From positions 224,001-288,000 of the forward strand of contig CAWGKG010000018.1 in assembly GCA_963823035.1 (NCBI GenBank): a stretch of DNA of 64,000 nucleotides, given 5' to 3'. The DNA comes from an uncultured Gemmatimonadales bacterium. Lineage in GTDB: Bacteria > Gemmatimonadota > Gemmatimonadetes > Longimicrobiales > Gaopeijiaceae. The notes below the pieces were generated by a model that did no database searches, was not told the origin of the DNA, and saw nothing but the letters and a program-made list of their open reading frames with translations. Each line of letters begins with the position of its first letter. The first letter of the stretch is position 1. Below, piece after piece: positions 62,023 to 64,000 of the stretch. The position numbers were made by a program, and so were the translations under genes.

Positions 62023-62744
62023 ACGCCCTGGATGAGCTCAGCTGGCCCGAGGTCGGTCGAATCCTGGCGCGCGAGCCCCGCCTCCTGGTTCCGGTCGGGG
62101 CCCTCGAGCAGCACGGCCCGCACCTCCCCCTCGGTGCCAACACCCGCATCGCGACGGCGGTGGTCACCGAGCTGTCCGCGACGCTCGAGATCCTGCGCGC
62201 TCCACCGTTCTGCTACGGCGTGACCCTCGACGGAGGTCCCTGGGCGGGGGCGGCGGGCCTGCGCCGCAAGACCTTCCACCGGGCGCTGAACGAGCTCCTG
62301 GCCCGCTGGGAGGACCACGGCGTCTCCGAGTTCCTGGTGGTGACCGCCCATCGCTACGAGCCTCACATGGAGGCCATCCTCCTCTCGCTGACGGCGCGCT
62401 CGGCCACGACGGTGTTCGACCTGTACCAGATCGACGTCTCCGACATCCTGGAGGAGGATCCCGAGCGTGAGCACGGTGGGGAGCTCGAGACCTCGCTGGT
62501 CATGCACCTCGCACCTCACCTGGTGAGACCCGACGAAGCGGTGGACTTCGTTCCCGAGAGGCGTGCGTTGCGAAGATACACGCAGCGGCGGATACCCACA
62601 CCCCCACAGGAGGCGCGGGGACTCGTGGGGCGCGCGAGCCTGGCGACCCCCGAGAAGGGGGCGGCCGTCTTCCGCCGTTGGGTGGACCGCCTGAGCGAGG
62701 TGCTGTGCACCGCCGACCGAACCCGCCCCGCGGACGCGGGGTAG
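62013..62744 (+). CDS. Creatininase-family protein with atypical metal ligands
   Basis: PVGALEQHGPHLPLG, HGGELETS, ATPEKG. Confidence 0.85.
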   Translation: MRSYALDELSWPEVGRILAREPRLLVPVGALEQHGPHLPLGANTRIATAVVTELSATLEILRAPPFCYGVTLDGGPWAGAAGLRRKTFHRALNELLARWEDHGVSEFLVVTAHRYEPHMEAILLSLTARSATTVFDLYQIDVSDILEEDPEREHGGELETSLVMHLAPHLVRPDEAVDFVPERRALRRYTQRRIPTPPQEARGLVGRASLATPEKGAAVFRRWVDRLSEVLCTADRTRPADAG

Positions 62745-62798
62745 AAAAGGTCACGTCGGCCGCGGAGGTCGCCCCGTCCACTTCCCCAGGAACGAGAC

Positions 62799-63494
62799 AT
62801 GCCCCGCCGTCACCTCGCCCTCGTCGCCGCCCTCTTCGCGGTGGCCGCCCCTCGCCCCGCCCCGGCCCAGAGCGTTCTGGTGGACGAGGGGACGTTCACC
62901 GTGCGCCTCTCCGGCCGGGACGCCGGCACCGAGGAGTTCGCGATCCGCCGGGCGGGAATGGGCTCCGACGCGACGGTCATCGCGAACGCCGTGGTGCGCA
63001 TGACGAAGGACGGCGCGCAGCTCGAGTTGCGCCCGCTCCTCGAGACCGTCCTCCCCGACGGTGCCGCCACGAGCTACCAGCTCAAGGTCTCCGGCTCGGA
63101 CACGGCCGAGCTGAGCCTCGTGCTCGCCGGCCGCCGGTACGTATCGCGCATCCGCACCGAGGAGGGTGAGGAGGAGCGCGAGTTCCTCGCCCGACCCGAG
63201 ACCCGCATCCTCGAGGAGGGCGTGGCGCACCAGTACTACTTCCTGCGCAACGTGCACGAGGGCGCCCGGGTCCCGGTGATCGAGCCTCGGACCCGCCGGC
63301 AGCTCCAGCTCGTGGCGTCCGCCTCGACGGACGTGGAGCTCCGGATCGGGGCTACCAGCGTCCAGGCCCACCGCGTGACCTTCAGCGGTGGAGACGCGGA
63401 TCGTGTCGTTTGGTACGATCGCCAGGGACGCGTTCTCCGACTGGAGATCCCGGCCCGCGGCTACGTCGCGGAGCGCCAGGACCTGGTCGGGTAG
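62799..63494 (+). CDS. Hypothetical exported beta-rich protein
   Basis: Signal peptide APA|Q; G.E.F.I and VWYDRQGRVLR motifs. Confidence 0.7.
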   Translation: MPRRHLALVAALFAVAAPRPAPAQSVLVDEGTFTVRLSGRDAGTEEFAIRRAGMGSDATVIANAVVRMTKDGAQLELRPLLETVLPDGAATSYQLKVSGSDTAELSLVLAGRRYVSRIRTEEGEEEREFLARPETRILEEGVAHQYYFLRNVHEGARVPVIEPRTRRQLQLVASASTDVELRIGATSVQAHRVTFSGGDADRVVWYDRQGRVLRLEIPARGYVAERQDLVG

Positions 63495-63684
63495 ACCTCC
63501 CGTCTCCCCGAACCATCTTGGTGGTCGGCGAGTGGCGGTTAGGTTTGGTGCGGCGTTGCCCCTTTGAAGGGGGGCGCGCCGCGGTGCGTACTGCCTGACG
63601 AGTCTCCGAAACCCCAGCGCCCCGCGAGGCGTACGGGCGGACGACCAGGCCACTCGAAATTCGGAAGCCAGGGAGGTCGTGAGG

Positions 63685-64000
63685 ATGAGGATCCGTGCAG
63701 GCGTGTGGGCCCTGTTGGGGCTGTTGGCCGCCTCGCCGTTGACGGCCCAGAACGTGCCCGACACGCTCACGCTCGACGAGGCCCTCGACATCGCCCGCAG
63801 CAACAACCCCACCTACCTGCGAGCGAGCAACGACCGCGAGCTGGCCGACTGGGACGTGCGGCAGGCCTACGGCCGGCTCCTCCCGTCGGCTTCGGCGAGC
63901 TCGTCGATGAGCTGGCAGGGCGCCGGAGAGCAGACGTTCGGTACGCTCACGCTCGGCGACCTGGGCTTCGGCAACCTCCCGTCGTACTACCTGTCGAGCT
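63685..64000 (+). CDS. TolC-family outer membrane protein (5' part, runs off the window)
   Basis: My translation: MRIRAGVWALLGLLAASPLTAQ..TLTLDEALDIARSNNP..AYGRLLPS. Confidence 0.8.
   Translation, partial: MRIRAGVWALLGLLAASPLTAQNVPDTLTLDEALDIARSNNPTYLRASNDRELADWDVRQAYGRLLPSASASSSMSWQGAGEQTFGTLTLGDLGFGNLPSYYLSS

Overview
High-GC (about 70% by eye) bacterial chromosome segment. Gene content and style suggest Gemmatimonadota; this is inference, not a database result. Most of it is housekeeping: murA, pcrA/uvrD, serS, rplM-rpsI-rpsB-tsf-pyrH-frr-uppS-cdsA-dxr-rseP, a short RpoD-type sigma, lepB, btuB with a cobalamin riboswitch, pntAA/AB/B and comM. Many genes, including essential ones, carry single-base frameshifts that look like uncorrected long-read indels, so split genes are reported here as joined CDSs. 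The best novelty candidates are: (1) a ~890-aa tandem fusion of two tyrosine phenol-lyase-like domains with reciprocally split active-site motifs (the N-domain keeps the trans-acting GDEAY Tyr but has lost the PLP Lys; the C-domain keeps the Lys but has lost the Tyr); (2) two inverted ~135-nt covarying stem-loop repeats flanking a ~230-nt self-complementary core at 16276-16804; (3) a putatively sigma54-driven PA2779-like double-glycine protein paired with a C39 peptidase-TPR-putative beta-barrel fusion; (4) a LytTR regulator with a degenerate receiver, divergent from a fimT-pilV-pilW-pilX minor-pilin cluster, with an AlgR-type box between them and comM next door; (5) a PTS-EIIA/PII-like/CPA antiporter module.
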